Source of the DNA: Candidatus Nomurabacteria bacterium | GTDB lineage: Bacteria > Patescibacteriota > Minisyncoccia > Phycocordibacterales > SBAW01 | NCBI GenBank assembly: GCA_943349945.1 | Contig: CALQZS010000001.1 | Span: forward strand, 277,953 to 341,952 | Direction of reading: 5' to 3' | DNA: 64,000 bases | Shown here: in pieces, positions 1 through 8,221 of the stretch | Numbering within the stretch: position 1 is the first letter of the stretch | Layout of the letters: each line of letters opens with the position of its first letter | Translations under genes and position numbers: made by a program | Notes under the pieces: model-generated | What the model was told of the DNA's origin: nothing | The model's input: only the letters and a program-made list of their open reading frames with translations | Databases searched by the model: none

Positions 1-30
1 ACCTTTGCAAACACCGCAATCGCACCCTTA

Positions 31-1512
31 TTGGTACCCATTGGGGTGGTGCTTGGTATTGCGGTGAACGTTTGCATGAGCATTGTGTTGGGAGGCCCTC
101 TTTTGTTTCTTTTGTGGCACTTTAAATTTTTTCATGCGGGATACCTACCAGGTTTTTTGGCAGAAATAACACCCGGTGTAGCAAATATACCCTTTTGGAC
201 TGGGTTGGTTGTTGCTTCAATACTGCGCACCAAAACATCAAAAGTAGTCAACACGGTTGCGGCAAGTACAGGATTGGCAGCGCTTTCTGGCGGGGCAGCA
301 GGGGCTTTGCGCAGTGTGCTGAACATACGGAACATAAATACACAAATTTTTGCTCAAAGTAACCCTGAGTTACTTACTCAGGCACAAAATGCCGCAGATG
401 CCGTACCAAAAGACACCCATCAACGCACCGCAAGCGCCCTTATCCAAAATATAGACGGCATCCGCGCACCAAAAAATAGCGGGAGACTTGGCAAAGCAGT
501 AGGAGCAGCACTTGTCCTGTGTTTGCTTTGGATCACGCCAGCACACGCGCAAGGTATTGTGCAGCAGCCAGACCCTGTGCAATACACGGTCATACCGGAA
601 ACACCCGGCCCAAATGAGCCTGTGCGCATTGTGGTAGACGGTATAGGAACATTTTTGGGCAACTCAATGGTAACTTGGCAGAAAAATGGTATCACCGTTG
701 CAAGCGGCGCAGGACTACGCTCGTATTCCTTTACAACCGGAGGAGTCGGGGAAGTAACGCGCATACGCGTGTCTGTTGCATCAACCGTGCACGGTACCAT
801 AACCCGCGAGTTTGTATTTTCTCCCTCGGTCGTACATTTGGTGTGGGAGGCAGACACAACCGTACCACCCTTTTATCAAGGCAAAGCGCTGTATACAGCC
901 GGGTCGCGCATCAAAGTAGCAGCCTTCCCAACAGTGCTGCTACAGGGCGCACGCGTACCAAGCAGCCAGATATCATTCCAGTGGCGACACAACGACGCAC
1001 TAGTGCCCGAGCAGTCGGGATTAGGCAAGAATACTTTTACCGTCTATGGCGACCAGCTACAAACTGGCGAAAATATAGTGGTGGATTTGTATATAAATAG
1101 CACCCTTGTAGGGCAAGGGCGTATTTTTATCCCCGCAGTTGAGCCGCAGGTGTTGGTATATAGCCGTGACCCATTACGTGGCCTCTTGCTCGACCAAGCA
1201 TTGTTTGGGAATGTGAATTTGAGCGGTAAAGAAGTAACGCTACAAGCTGAGCCATTCTTTTTTGCAAACATTAGCAAAATACGCGAGACTTTGAACTTTG
1301 CGTGGACATTGAATGACTTGGAGGCTACGGGGCCAGATAGTGCACGAGGGCTACTTACATTGCGTCAAACAGGCTCGGGGGCTGGGTTTGCGTCCGTTGG
1401 AGTATCGCTCCAAAATACCGACCTTGACCGTCTTATACAGTCTGCGGATACAGCGCTCGGCATCGCTTTTGGCCAAAATAATTCTCTTATTTCTAATCTA
1501 TTTGGGATATGA
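31..1512 (+). CDS. hypothetical membrane/secreted protein, possibly 5'-partial (no in-frame stop between window start and 31). N-terminal hydrophobic helices, an internal signal-peptide-like segment (..ALVLCLLWITPAHAQG) and a large C-terminal extracellular region.
   Basis: Long ORF, hydrophobic N-terminus, no recognisable catalytic motifs; 4-bp overlap with the downstream pilin-like gene. Confidence 0.45.
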   Translation: MVPIGVVLGIAVNVCMSIVLGGPLLFLLWHFKFFHAGYLPGFLAEITPGVANIPFWTGLVVASILRTKTSKVVNTVAASTGLAALSGGAAGALRSVLNIRNINTQIFAQSNPELLTQAQNAADAVPKDTHQRTASALIQNIDGIRAPKNSGRLGKAVGAALVLCLLWITPAHAQGIVQQPDPVQYTVIPETPGPNEPVRIVVDGIGTFLGNSMVTWQKNGITVASGAGLRSYSFTTGGVGEVTRIRVSVASTVHGTITREFVFSPSVVHLVWEADTTVPPFYQGKALYTAGSRIKVAAFPTVLLQGARVPSSQISFQWRHNDALVPEQSGLGKNTFTVYGDQLQTGENIVVDLYINSTLVGQGRIFIPAVEPQVLVYSRDPLRGLLLDQALFGNVNLSGKEVTLQAEPFFFANISKIRETLNFAWTLNDLEATGPDSARGLLTLRQTGSGAGFASVGVSLQNTDLDRLIQSADTALGIAFGQNNSLISNLFGI

Positions 1513-2540
1513 GAAAAAACTTTTTAAGAATTTTATTCTATACAGCGTGTCTATTTTTTCTGCTACCACAAACGCACATATTGGCACAAAACGAAAGTGC
1601 GTGCGCCTCTGTGTCTGAAACCGTACCTGAGTTAACTGCCAACTGTGGTGCTTTTTATGACGCTTGTAATGCAAGTAACAGTGACCCCCAACAATGTTCT
1701 ATAAAATCAAGCTTGTATGTGCTTTTGCGGCACACCTATGATGTTTGTACAGGCTCTATACCCGCAGACTCAAGGATTAGTTGTGACAACTTTGATGAGG
1801 TGGCCGTACGTGCAGAGCTGAGAGAGTTATTTGGTTATCTAGAACCAAATAATACCGTGATAGACGTTGGCGCCCCCCCAAAAACTCCTACCCAACAAGG
1901 AGGCGCAGGAACCAATCAACCTTCAACAGGTACAGGGAATACTTCCGATTCAGGTACTGTGAACCAGGGAACTTTTGGTGGAGGCGCTGGTGCAGGAACG
2001 GGAGCGGTTAGAAAACAAGCAACGAGTGGAGGTGTCTTAAATTACACTCCTCTGGAGCCTTTGCCAGGGCTCGAAAATGTACAGTCTGGAAGACTCAACT
2101 TTGCAAATCTGCTTGAGAGCTTCTTTACTATTCTTATATCCATCGGCGGCCTGTTGGCCGTACTGATGCTGATTATTGGCGGTATCACCTACATGGTGTC
2201 GGACGTGGTGCACAAAAAAACAGCCGCGCTCAAGCGTATACAAGCCGCCATTTGGGGTATTTTGCTCTTGGTGGCATCATGGCTCATTTTAAATACCATC
2301 AACCCACAACTGCTAACCTTTAGCGCTTTGATACGACCTGCGCCGCCTCCATCAGCAAGCGGATTAAACACTGTAACTTCTGGTACTGTGGGAGAACTTA
2401 CCGTAGCTGACAATGACCCAAACAGAGACACGAAGCTACAGAGTTGGTGTCCAGGGGGACAAGCTCAACCTATAGGCGCACAGGACGATGAATTTGGTAA
2501 CCGGTTTTCGAATTATACCTGTACTCCGGCTGATAATTAA
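1509..2540 (+). CDS. secreted CPR-type VirB2/TrbC-like (T4SS) pilin family protein with Cys-rich N-terminal and Gly/Thr-rich linker extensions
   Basis: Signal peptide MRKNFLRILFYTACLFFLLPQTHILA. Core '..YTPLEPLPG..' followed by two hydrophobic helices '..ILISIGGLLAVLMLIIGGITYMVSD..AIWGILLLVASWLILNTINPQLL', which I recall as the CPR T4SS-pilin signature. Confidence 0.5.
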   Translation: MRKNFLRILFYTACLFFLLPQTHILAQNESACASVSETVPELTANCGAFYDACNASNSDPQQCSIKSSLYVLLRHTYDVCTGSIPADSRISCDNFDEVAVRAELRELFGYLEPNNTVIDVGAPPKTPTQQGGAGTNQPSTGTGNTSDSGTVNQGTFGGGAGAGTGAVRKQATSGGVLNYTPLEPLPGLENVQSGRLNFANLLESFFTILISIGGLLAVLMLIIGGITYMVSDVVHKKTAALKRIQAAIWGILLLVASWLILNTINPQLLTFSALIRPAPPPSASGLNTVTSGTVGELTVADNDPNRDTKLQSWCPGGQAQPIGAQDDEFGNRFSNYTCTPADN

Positions 2541-2549
2541 TACAAACAT

Positions 2550-3788
2550 ATGCAACTACCTTGGAAATCACTCGTAGCGGCCGCTGGCGTACTCATCTTA
2601 TTTGGTGTGGCGGTTTGGTTTTTCTTTTTGCGTGACACTCAGTCGGTCGTGCCAGTTGCCACTCCCCAAAGCAGCAACTTTACATCGGGCGCGGTAGTTA
2701 CCACTTCCACAACGCTGCCAGATGAAAACACCAGCAGCACCGAGGGTTCTTTTGGATATACCGGGACACAAAAAGTGTTTAAAATCGCAGACGGCCCCGT
2801 GGCAGCGGCTACGTTTATACAAACATTTAACCCCACCACGACCGTTGCCCGCTATGTGCAACAAAGCAACGGCCATGTGTTTGATATGCCCGTTGAAGTG
2901 CCAGGCAGTATGCCACGTGCAATATCAAACACCACCATCCCAGGCATCGCAAATGCACTCTGGGGCGAAGGCGGAAACTCGCTCATCCTCCAGTACCAAG
3001 AGGAGCGCCTAGTAAAAACACTCTATTTGGGGCTCCCACCACGAGCAACCAGCACACCAGGGTCATTGATAGCACCAAAAATACGCTTTTTGCCTGACAA
3101 CATTACCTCTGTCGCTCTGTCTCCCGACACCAAGCAAGTGGCCTATCTTTTGACCACCGCAAACGGGTCGAGTGGGTACGTTGCCAACATAGACGGCACC
3201 GCCAGTCGCTTGTTGTTTTCTCTACCTTTGGCCCAAGTGCGCCTTACGTGGCCAGCACAGGGGACACTGCTTGCACAAACTAAAGCAGCGACGGGCGTAC
3301 CGGGTATTGCCTTCTCTATTGCAGCACAAAGCGGTACAGTAACCCCGCTACTGCATGCACCGGGCTTGTCTGCTATTGCGGACGCTGCATTTGCAAAAAT
3401 TGTCTACCAAAACGCTACGCTTGCCGGAAAGAAAACATACGCACACGACGTGGTGAGTGGAGGGGACATACAGCTGTCATTCAACCCAATACCCGAAAAA
3501 TGTATCTGGGGCACGAGCGCAGCGTCACTCTTGTACTGCGCACTACCGCTGTCTTATACCGAGCCAAACTACCTTGATGCGTGGTATCGGGGCCTCGCGA
3601 GCGCGGCCGATAGCCTTTTGGCCATAAACATTGCTACTGGGGCGCGAATTATTATTGCCACACCTGGACTCAACGGCGGTGGCAAGCAGTCCGACATCAT
3701 AAGCCTATCTGTCGCACCAAAAGATGACTACCTTTCTTTTGTAGTAAAAGGGGACCGGTCGCTGTGGGGGGCACGACTCGTGCAGTAG
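2550..3788 (+). CDS. hypothetical membrane-anchored protein (single N-terminal TM, Thr/Ser-rich linker, large extracytoplasmic domain)
   Basis: ORF with N-terminal TM helix LVAAAGVLILFGVAVWFFFL; no identifiable motifs. Confidence 0.45.
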   Translation: MQLPWKSLVAAAGVLILFGVAVWFFFLRDTQSVVPVATPQSSNFTSGAVVTTSTTLPDENTSSTEGSFGYTGTQKVFKIADGPVAAATFIQTFNPTTTVARYVQQSNGHVFDMPVEVPGSMPRAISNTTIPGIANALWGEGGNSLILQYQEERLVKTLYLGLPPRATSTPGSLIAPKIRFLPDNITSVALSPDTKQVAYLLTTANGSSGYVANIDGTASRLLFSLPLAQVRLTWPAQGTLLAQTKAATGVPGIAFSIAAQSGTVTPLLHAPGLSAIADAAFAKIVYQNATLAGKKTYAHDVVSGGDIQLSFNPIPEKCIWGTSAASLLYCALPLSYTEPNYLDAWYRGLASAADSLLAINIATGARIIIATPGLNGGGKQSDIISLSVAPKDDYLSFVVKGDRSLWGARLVQ

Positions 3789-3797
3789 TATAAAAAA

Positions 3798-4265
3798 CTA
3801 ACGCGGCGCAAGCACCACGTGGCGAAACTTGCCCTCGCCCTCGGAGCGCGTCTCTATGTCTGGATCGTTCGCAAAAAGTTCGTGTACCACCAACCGCTCG
3901 TAGGGATTCATAGGCTCCATCTCTACTTCTCGTTTAAACAGCCGGGCACGTTGAGCAAACATGCGTGCCGTGGCGCGCACCGACTCCATTTGGGCTTCGT
4001 GATAGCCATTTACATCGATCAAAAAGTTAGCAGCCTCTTCTCCGTGTTTTTGCTCTACCATGCGGCGCAGTAGGGTGTTAAGCGCGCGCAAATGGTCGCC
4101 GTTTGGGCCTATAAAAAGCTCAGCGTCGCTCGAGCGTATAGAAATAGTGGTGCGGCCGGGACGTGTTGTAGATGCCGGTCCCACAGACACCTCTGTGCTG
4201 TCTACCGCTAGGTCGAGTAGCCCCACCGCATGCGTAACCCACTCTTTCAGTGCATCGGGACTCAT
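3798..4265 (-). CDS. jag: Jag/KhpB-like R3H-domain RNA-binding protein
   Basis: C-terminal R3H-like motif '..YERLVVHELF..', small size, immediately downstream of yidC as in the conserved rpmH-rnpA-yidC-jag origin cluster. Confidence 0.7.
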   Translation of the reverse strand: MSPDALKEWVTHAVGLLDLAVDSTEVSVGPASTTRPGRTTISIRSSDAELFIGPNGDHLRALNTLLRRMVEQKHGEEAANFLIDVNGYHEAQMESVRATARMFAQRARLFKREVEMEPMNPYERLVVHELFANDPDIETRSEGEGKFRHVVLAPR

Positions 4266-4300
4266 AGAGCCACAATACTCTAGCTGGGGGGCAGTAGCAA

Positions 4301-5017
4301 CTATTTAGTTGGTTGTCGGCGAATTATCCACTCTTGACCCAAAGAAAGGAGGTTGGTGGTCGCAAAATAGAGCCCCGCAGCAGCTGGAAGAGAGTAGGAC
4401 ACCACAGCCATAAGTGCCGGCAAGAAGTACAACATGAGGTACTTTTGCATCTTTTGCGCCATTTCTTTTTCAGGTGCAAGTGGTTTTTTGCCCGCCTGCT
4501 GCATCCGCCCCAGAGAGAGCATAACCACCCCATACTGCAGCCCTCCAACCAAAAGCGAGAGTATGATGTTGTGTGGTGTCAGCAAGTTTACAAACCCCAA
4601 AAACATAGTGTCTACAAGTGCTGGAGCCTGTACAAACGAGTACAAAAGGTCGGTTGCGATGTTTGGCAAACCTTCTTTAAAGAAGGCAAAGTATAGGGCG
4701 ATAAAGACGGGGATTTGTACCAAAAGTGCCAAAAAACCACTAAAAGGGCGTATTTTGTGCTCTTTAAATAGAGCCATGGTGCGGCGCGCGCGTTCTTCTG
4801 GCTTGTCTTTGTATGTGGTGTTTATCTCATCCACCTCGCCTTGTATGGCCTGCATGCCCATCTGAGTGCGGATAGAGGCGGTAAATGCAGGATAAAACAG
4901 GATGCGCATAATAAGCGTCATCAAAATAATTGCGAACCCAACATCACCGCCCGGCATAATACTGATTAGGTATATAAATCCGTTGTATATGGGCTGTGTC
5001 AAAAATGTTTCAAACAT
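4301..5017 (-). CDS. yidC: membrane protein insertase YidC (short form)
   Basis: Five-TM 238-aa protein; conserved position between rnpA and jag. Confidence 0.85.
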   Translation of the reverse strand: MFETFLTQPIYNGFIYLISIMPGGDVGFAIILMTLIMRILFYPAFTASIRTQMGMQAIQGEVDEINTTYKDKPEERARRTMALFKEHKIRPFSGFLALLVQIPVFIALYFAFFKEGLPNIATDLLYSFVQAPALVDTMFLGFVNLLTPHNIILSLLVGGLQYGVVMLSLGRMQQAGKKPLAPEKEMAQKMQKYLMLYFLPALMAVVSYSLPAAAGLYFATTNLLSLGQEWIIRRQPTK

Positions 5018-5020
5018 ATA

Positions 5021-5335
5021 TTAGGTGCTTTTTTTGAGTAATGTTGCCAAGTCGGCAGCAAATGCCTCGGTAAGTGGCGGGGAAGGGATTTTTTGCACAA
5101 AAACGACTATTTCTCCGGTTCCGGCAACTGGCATGAGCGCCCGATAGACTGCACGGCGCAGCCGATTACGAACTACTGCCTTCTTTGCTACCGCCTTGGA
5201 TACCACGACCGCAGCACGCAGGCTCGTGGTGCCTGGGAGGTGTTTGAGTGATATATACATGGCCCGGCTTGAGCGGCCTCGAGCCAGCACATGCCGAACC
5301 TCTGCTGCGGCAAGGCGCCGCTGTTTGGCAAGCAT
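5021..5335 (-). CDS. rnpA: ribonuclease P protein component
   Basis: Basic 104-aa protein with '..VVRNRLRRAVYRAL..' RnpA signature, directly downstream of rpmH. Confidence 0.8.
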   Translation of the reverse strand: MLAKQRRLAAAEVRHVLARGRSSRAMYISLKHLPGTTSLRAAVVVSKAVAKKAVVRNRLRRAVYRALMPVAGTGEIVVFVQKIPSPPLTEAFAADLATLLKKST

Positions 5336-5344
5336 ACGTAACTA

Positions 5345-5479
5345 TTAGACGGACAGCTTTGCCCGGCCCTTGCGCCGTCGGCGCAGAATGGTCTTTTTGC
5401 CTCCCGCAGTGCTGGTACGCTTCAAAAACCCGTGTGCACGGGCGCGTTTGCGCTTTTTTGGCTGGTACGTCTGTGACAT
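5345..5479 (-). CDS. rpmH: 50S ribosomal protein L34
   Basis: Manual translation of the minus strand: [44 protein letters not shown] (44 aa), a clear bL34 match. Not in the ORF track because it is under 60 aa. Confidence 0.85.
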   Translation of the reverse strand: MSQTYQPKKRKRARAHGFLKRTSTAGGKKTILRRRRKGRAKLSV

Positions 5480-5583
5480 GGGTCAAATATACCGTATCCC
5501 TACCTTGTGCACAACTTGTGTACAAAGGCGACACTTTTGACGCATGGGTCTCACTCGCGTATCCTTACCTGTACCTACTTCCC

Positions 5584-6921
5584 ATGACTACTACAAAAGA
5601 ACTTTGGGAAAACGCGCTTGTTGAGCTTGAGCTCACCATTTCTAAACCAAATTTCAACACTTGGTTTAAAGATACGCACGTAGTGCGTGTTGAAGATGGG
5701 GTGGTGTACCTGGGGGTGCCGAGTCAGTTTGCTAGAGACTGGCTTTCGACCAAATTTCATAAGGATATATTGCGGTCGCTGCGTGGACTCTCCGACAGTG
5801 TGCGCTCGGTCGAGTACGTTATATCGCGCGGGGTCAAAAAAACGGACGAACCAAAAACTGTCCCCTCGGCACCGTCGGAGTTGCCGCTCGAGAACGTACA
5901 CGCAAAAACCAACCTAAACCCACGGTTTACCCTACAAACGTTCATCGTAGGACCCTTTAACGAGCTTGCGCATGCGGCAGCCCAAGCGGTTATCCGCAAA
6001 CCCGGCATCGCCTACAACCCACTCCTTATCTACGGCCCAACGGGCCTTGGCAAAACACACCTTATACAGTCGATAGGGAACCACTTCCGCATCAATGCAC
6101 CCGACCGTAAAGTGCAGTATGTAACGTCGGAGAAGTTTTCGATGGACTATGTTTCGTCTATACAGTCGGGCAAAATACAGAGTTTTAAAGAAAAATATCG
6201 CCAATACGACCTCCTTATCATGGATGACGTGCAATTTTTGGCGAAAATGGAAAAAACAAAAGAAGAGTTCTTTCATTTGTTTAATTACCTCCACGACGGC
6301 AACAAACAGCTGGTTTTTTCATCCGACCAACACCCAAACGTTATACAAAACCTAGAAGACAGGCTTAAATCGCGCTTTAGCGCCGGAATGATTGTTTCGG
6401 TGACCCCACCAGACCACGAGTCGCGTCTTGCTATAGTGCGCTCTAAAGCATCTGCCCATGGCGTGGTGTTGCCTGACGAAGTATTAGAGTACCTTGCGAC
6501 CGCGGTCGAGGGGAACGTTCGCGAACTTGAGGGAGCACTCAATCTTCTGCTTATTCAATTAGAAATCCGCACAGAACCTCTGACTATAAACGATGCTAAA
6601 ACACTGCTTCGCGGTGCAAGCAATATGACCAGGAAAAGCGTGTCTGTGCAGGAAGTGGTCAAAACCATTGCCGGTTTTTATGGCGTAGAGGAGGGGAGTA
6701 TCTATGAAAAAACCCGCCGAAAAGAGGTAGTGCGTCCACGGCAAGTGATTATGTTTTTATTGCGCGAAGACTTTAAAATATCGTTCCCCACTATTGGGGA
6801 AAAACTAGGAGGGCGCGACCACACCACTGTTATCCATTCTTGCGAAAAAATCCGCACCAACATACAAACCGACAGTGTTTTGTCCCAAGAATTACAGCAA
6901 ATCCGACTCATGTTGAAATGA
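5584..6921 (+). CDS. dnaA: chromosomal replication initiator DnaA (true start MTTTKELWEN..., not the upstream start in the ORF track)
   Basis: N-terminal DnaA domain, Walker A 'GPTGLGKTHL', AAA+ sensor motifs, C-terminal DNA-binding helix; divergent from rpmH. Confidence 0.9.
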   Translation: MTTTKELWENALVELELTISKPNFNTWFKDTHVVRVEDGVVYLGVPSQFARDWLSTKFHKDILRSLRGLSDSVRSVEYVISRGVKKTDEPKTVPSAPSELPLENVHAKTNLNPRFTLQTFIVGPFNELAHAAAQAVIRKPGIAYNPLLIYGPTGLGKTHLIQSIGNHFRINAPDRKVQYVTSEKFSMDYVSSIQSGKIQSFKEKYRQYDLLIMDDVQFLAKMEKTKEEFFHLFNYLHDGNKQLVFSSDQHPNVIQNLEDRLKSRFSAGMIVSVTPPDHESRLAIVRSKASAHGVVLPDEVLEYLATAVEGNVRELEGALNLLLIQLEIRTEPLTINDAKTLLRGASNMTRKSVSVQEVVKTIAGFYGVEEGSIYEKTRRKEVVRPRQVIMFLLREDFKISFPTIGEKLGGRDHTTVIHSCEKIRTNIQTDSVLSQELQQIRLMLK

Positions 6922-7123
6922 TGTGGATAAGTGGCAGAATAACCTATGGAGATATGTTGAAAACAAATGCACAGAATTGTTATCCCCAGAGGAAGTTGTT
7001 AGTTACACACAGGTATTCCGGGCAAAAAAATCCTTAAAAACAGCTTCACAGCAACAAACTAACGACTTATCCGAGTAATCCACAGCCTTAGTAGTAGTAA
7101 AAAGCTTTTATAAACAGAGACTT
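6922..7123. other. candidate oriC: dnaA-dnaN intergenic region with a perfect DnaA box and several near-consensus boxes plus an AT-rich stretch
   Basis: 'tgtggataa' (the reverse complement of TTATCCACA) at ~6925-6933; 'ttatcccca', 'taatccaca' and 'ttatccgag' variants; AT-rich 'tagtagtagtaaaaagcttttataaac' just upstream of dnaN. Confidence 0.5.
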
Positions 7124-8221
7124 ATGAAATTTGAAACAAGTACAGAACAACTTTTTACAGCAACGACTATAGCGAGTCGCTTTGCTGAAAAGCGTGCAAA
7201 CCTGCCAGTGCTGCAGAGTGTGCTTTTAGTTGCTGAAGGTGGGCGCTTGTCTCTGCGCGCCACAAACCTTGAGTGCGGTGTCGAGATTATTGTTCCTGCA
7301 AAAGTTACGACGGAGGGTGTAGTGGCTATACCCGCGGGCGTGCTCAGTGGTTTTTTAAGCAATGCGCGTGGCAAGGTTGTTTCGGGAGTGCTTGAGGGTG
7401 AGGTGTTTAAAATAGAAGCTGAGCGCGCTGCAGCGTCGATGAAAACCATTCCGCACGAGGATTTCCCCTTGTTGCCACGAGTATCTGCAGAAAAAGCCTT
7501 TACGGTTAAAAGCAGCGACCTGTCTCGCGCGATACGCAATGTTGCATACTGTGCATCGACCTCGGCGGTTAAGCCAGAGCTACAGAGCGTGCTGCTGCAA
7601 GGAGAGGGTGGAAAGTTGCTTGTTGCCGCTACCGACTCATTTCGGTTGGCAGAAAAATCTATATCACTGCGCTCTGGTGGGTCGGTGCCACAACTCCTGC
7701 TCCCTGCACGCAATGCGGCAGAGCTTATGCGCATTTTGGACACTACAAACGGCGATGTAGAGGTGTATTACAACGAAAATCAGATATCTACCCACGTCGA
7801 CAATACCTACTACACCAGCCGGCTTATAGATGGCACGTTCCCCAACTATCACCAAATAATCCCCAAAACATTTTTGACCGAGGCTGTGGTGCTCAGAGAA
7901 GATCTGTCCGCGTCGCTTAAATCGTTGTCGGTGTTTGCTGATAAATTTTCGCAAGTATCGCTGGCAATAGATCCGGTAAAGAAAACCATACTCCTGTCTT
8001 CTAGAAATCCTGATGTGGGCGAGCAAACCAGCTCTTTGCGCGCAACTATAGTGGGAGAAGAAACAACCATGTCGTTTAATGGTCGTTATTTGGCAGACAG
8101 TCTGCAGGCTATAACAGGGGAGAGTGTTCGACTGCACGCCAACGGCGCGGGCAAGCCCATGCTTATTAAAGACGCAGTAGACGAATCGTTCTTCTACTTG
8201 GCGATGCCGATGAATCGCTAA
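7124..8221 (+). CDS. dnaN: DNA polymerase III beta sliding clamp
   Basis: 365-aa three-domain clamp immediately downstream of dnaA. Confidence 0.9.
   Translation: MKFETSTEQLFTATTIASRFAEKRANLPVLQSVLLVAEGGRLSLRATNLECGVEIIVPAKVTTEGVVAIPAGVLSGFLSNARGKVVSGVLEGEVFKIEAERAAASMKTIPHEDFPLLPRVSAEKAFTVKSSDLSRAIRNVAYCASTSAVKPELQSVLLQGEGGKLLVAATDSFRLAEKSISLRSGGSVPQLLLPARNAAELMRILDTTNGDVEVYYNENQISTHVDNTYYTSRLIDGTFPNYHQIIPKTFLTEAVVLREDLSASLKSLSVFADKFSQVSLAIDPVKKTILLSSRNPDVGEQTSSLRATIVGEETTMSFNGRYLADSLQAITGESVRLHANGAGKPMLIKDAVDESFFYLAMPMNR

Noticed and set aside
5248-5583. Long N-terminal extension of the dnaA ORF (start at 5248) and the overlapping 5166-5534 minus-strand ORF
   Set aside because: The DnaA N-terminal domain begins at MTTTKELWEN (5584). 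The upstream extension overlaps rpmH on the other strand, and the 5166-5534 minus-strand ORF is simply a different frame across rnpA and rpmH.
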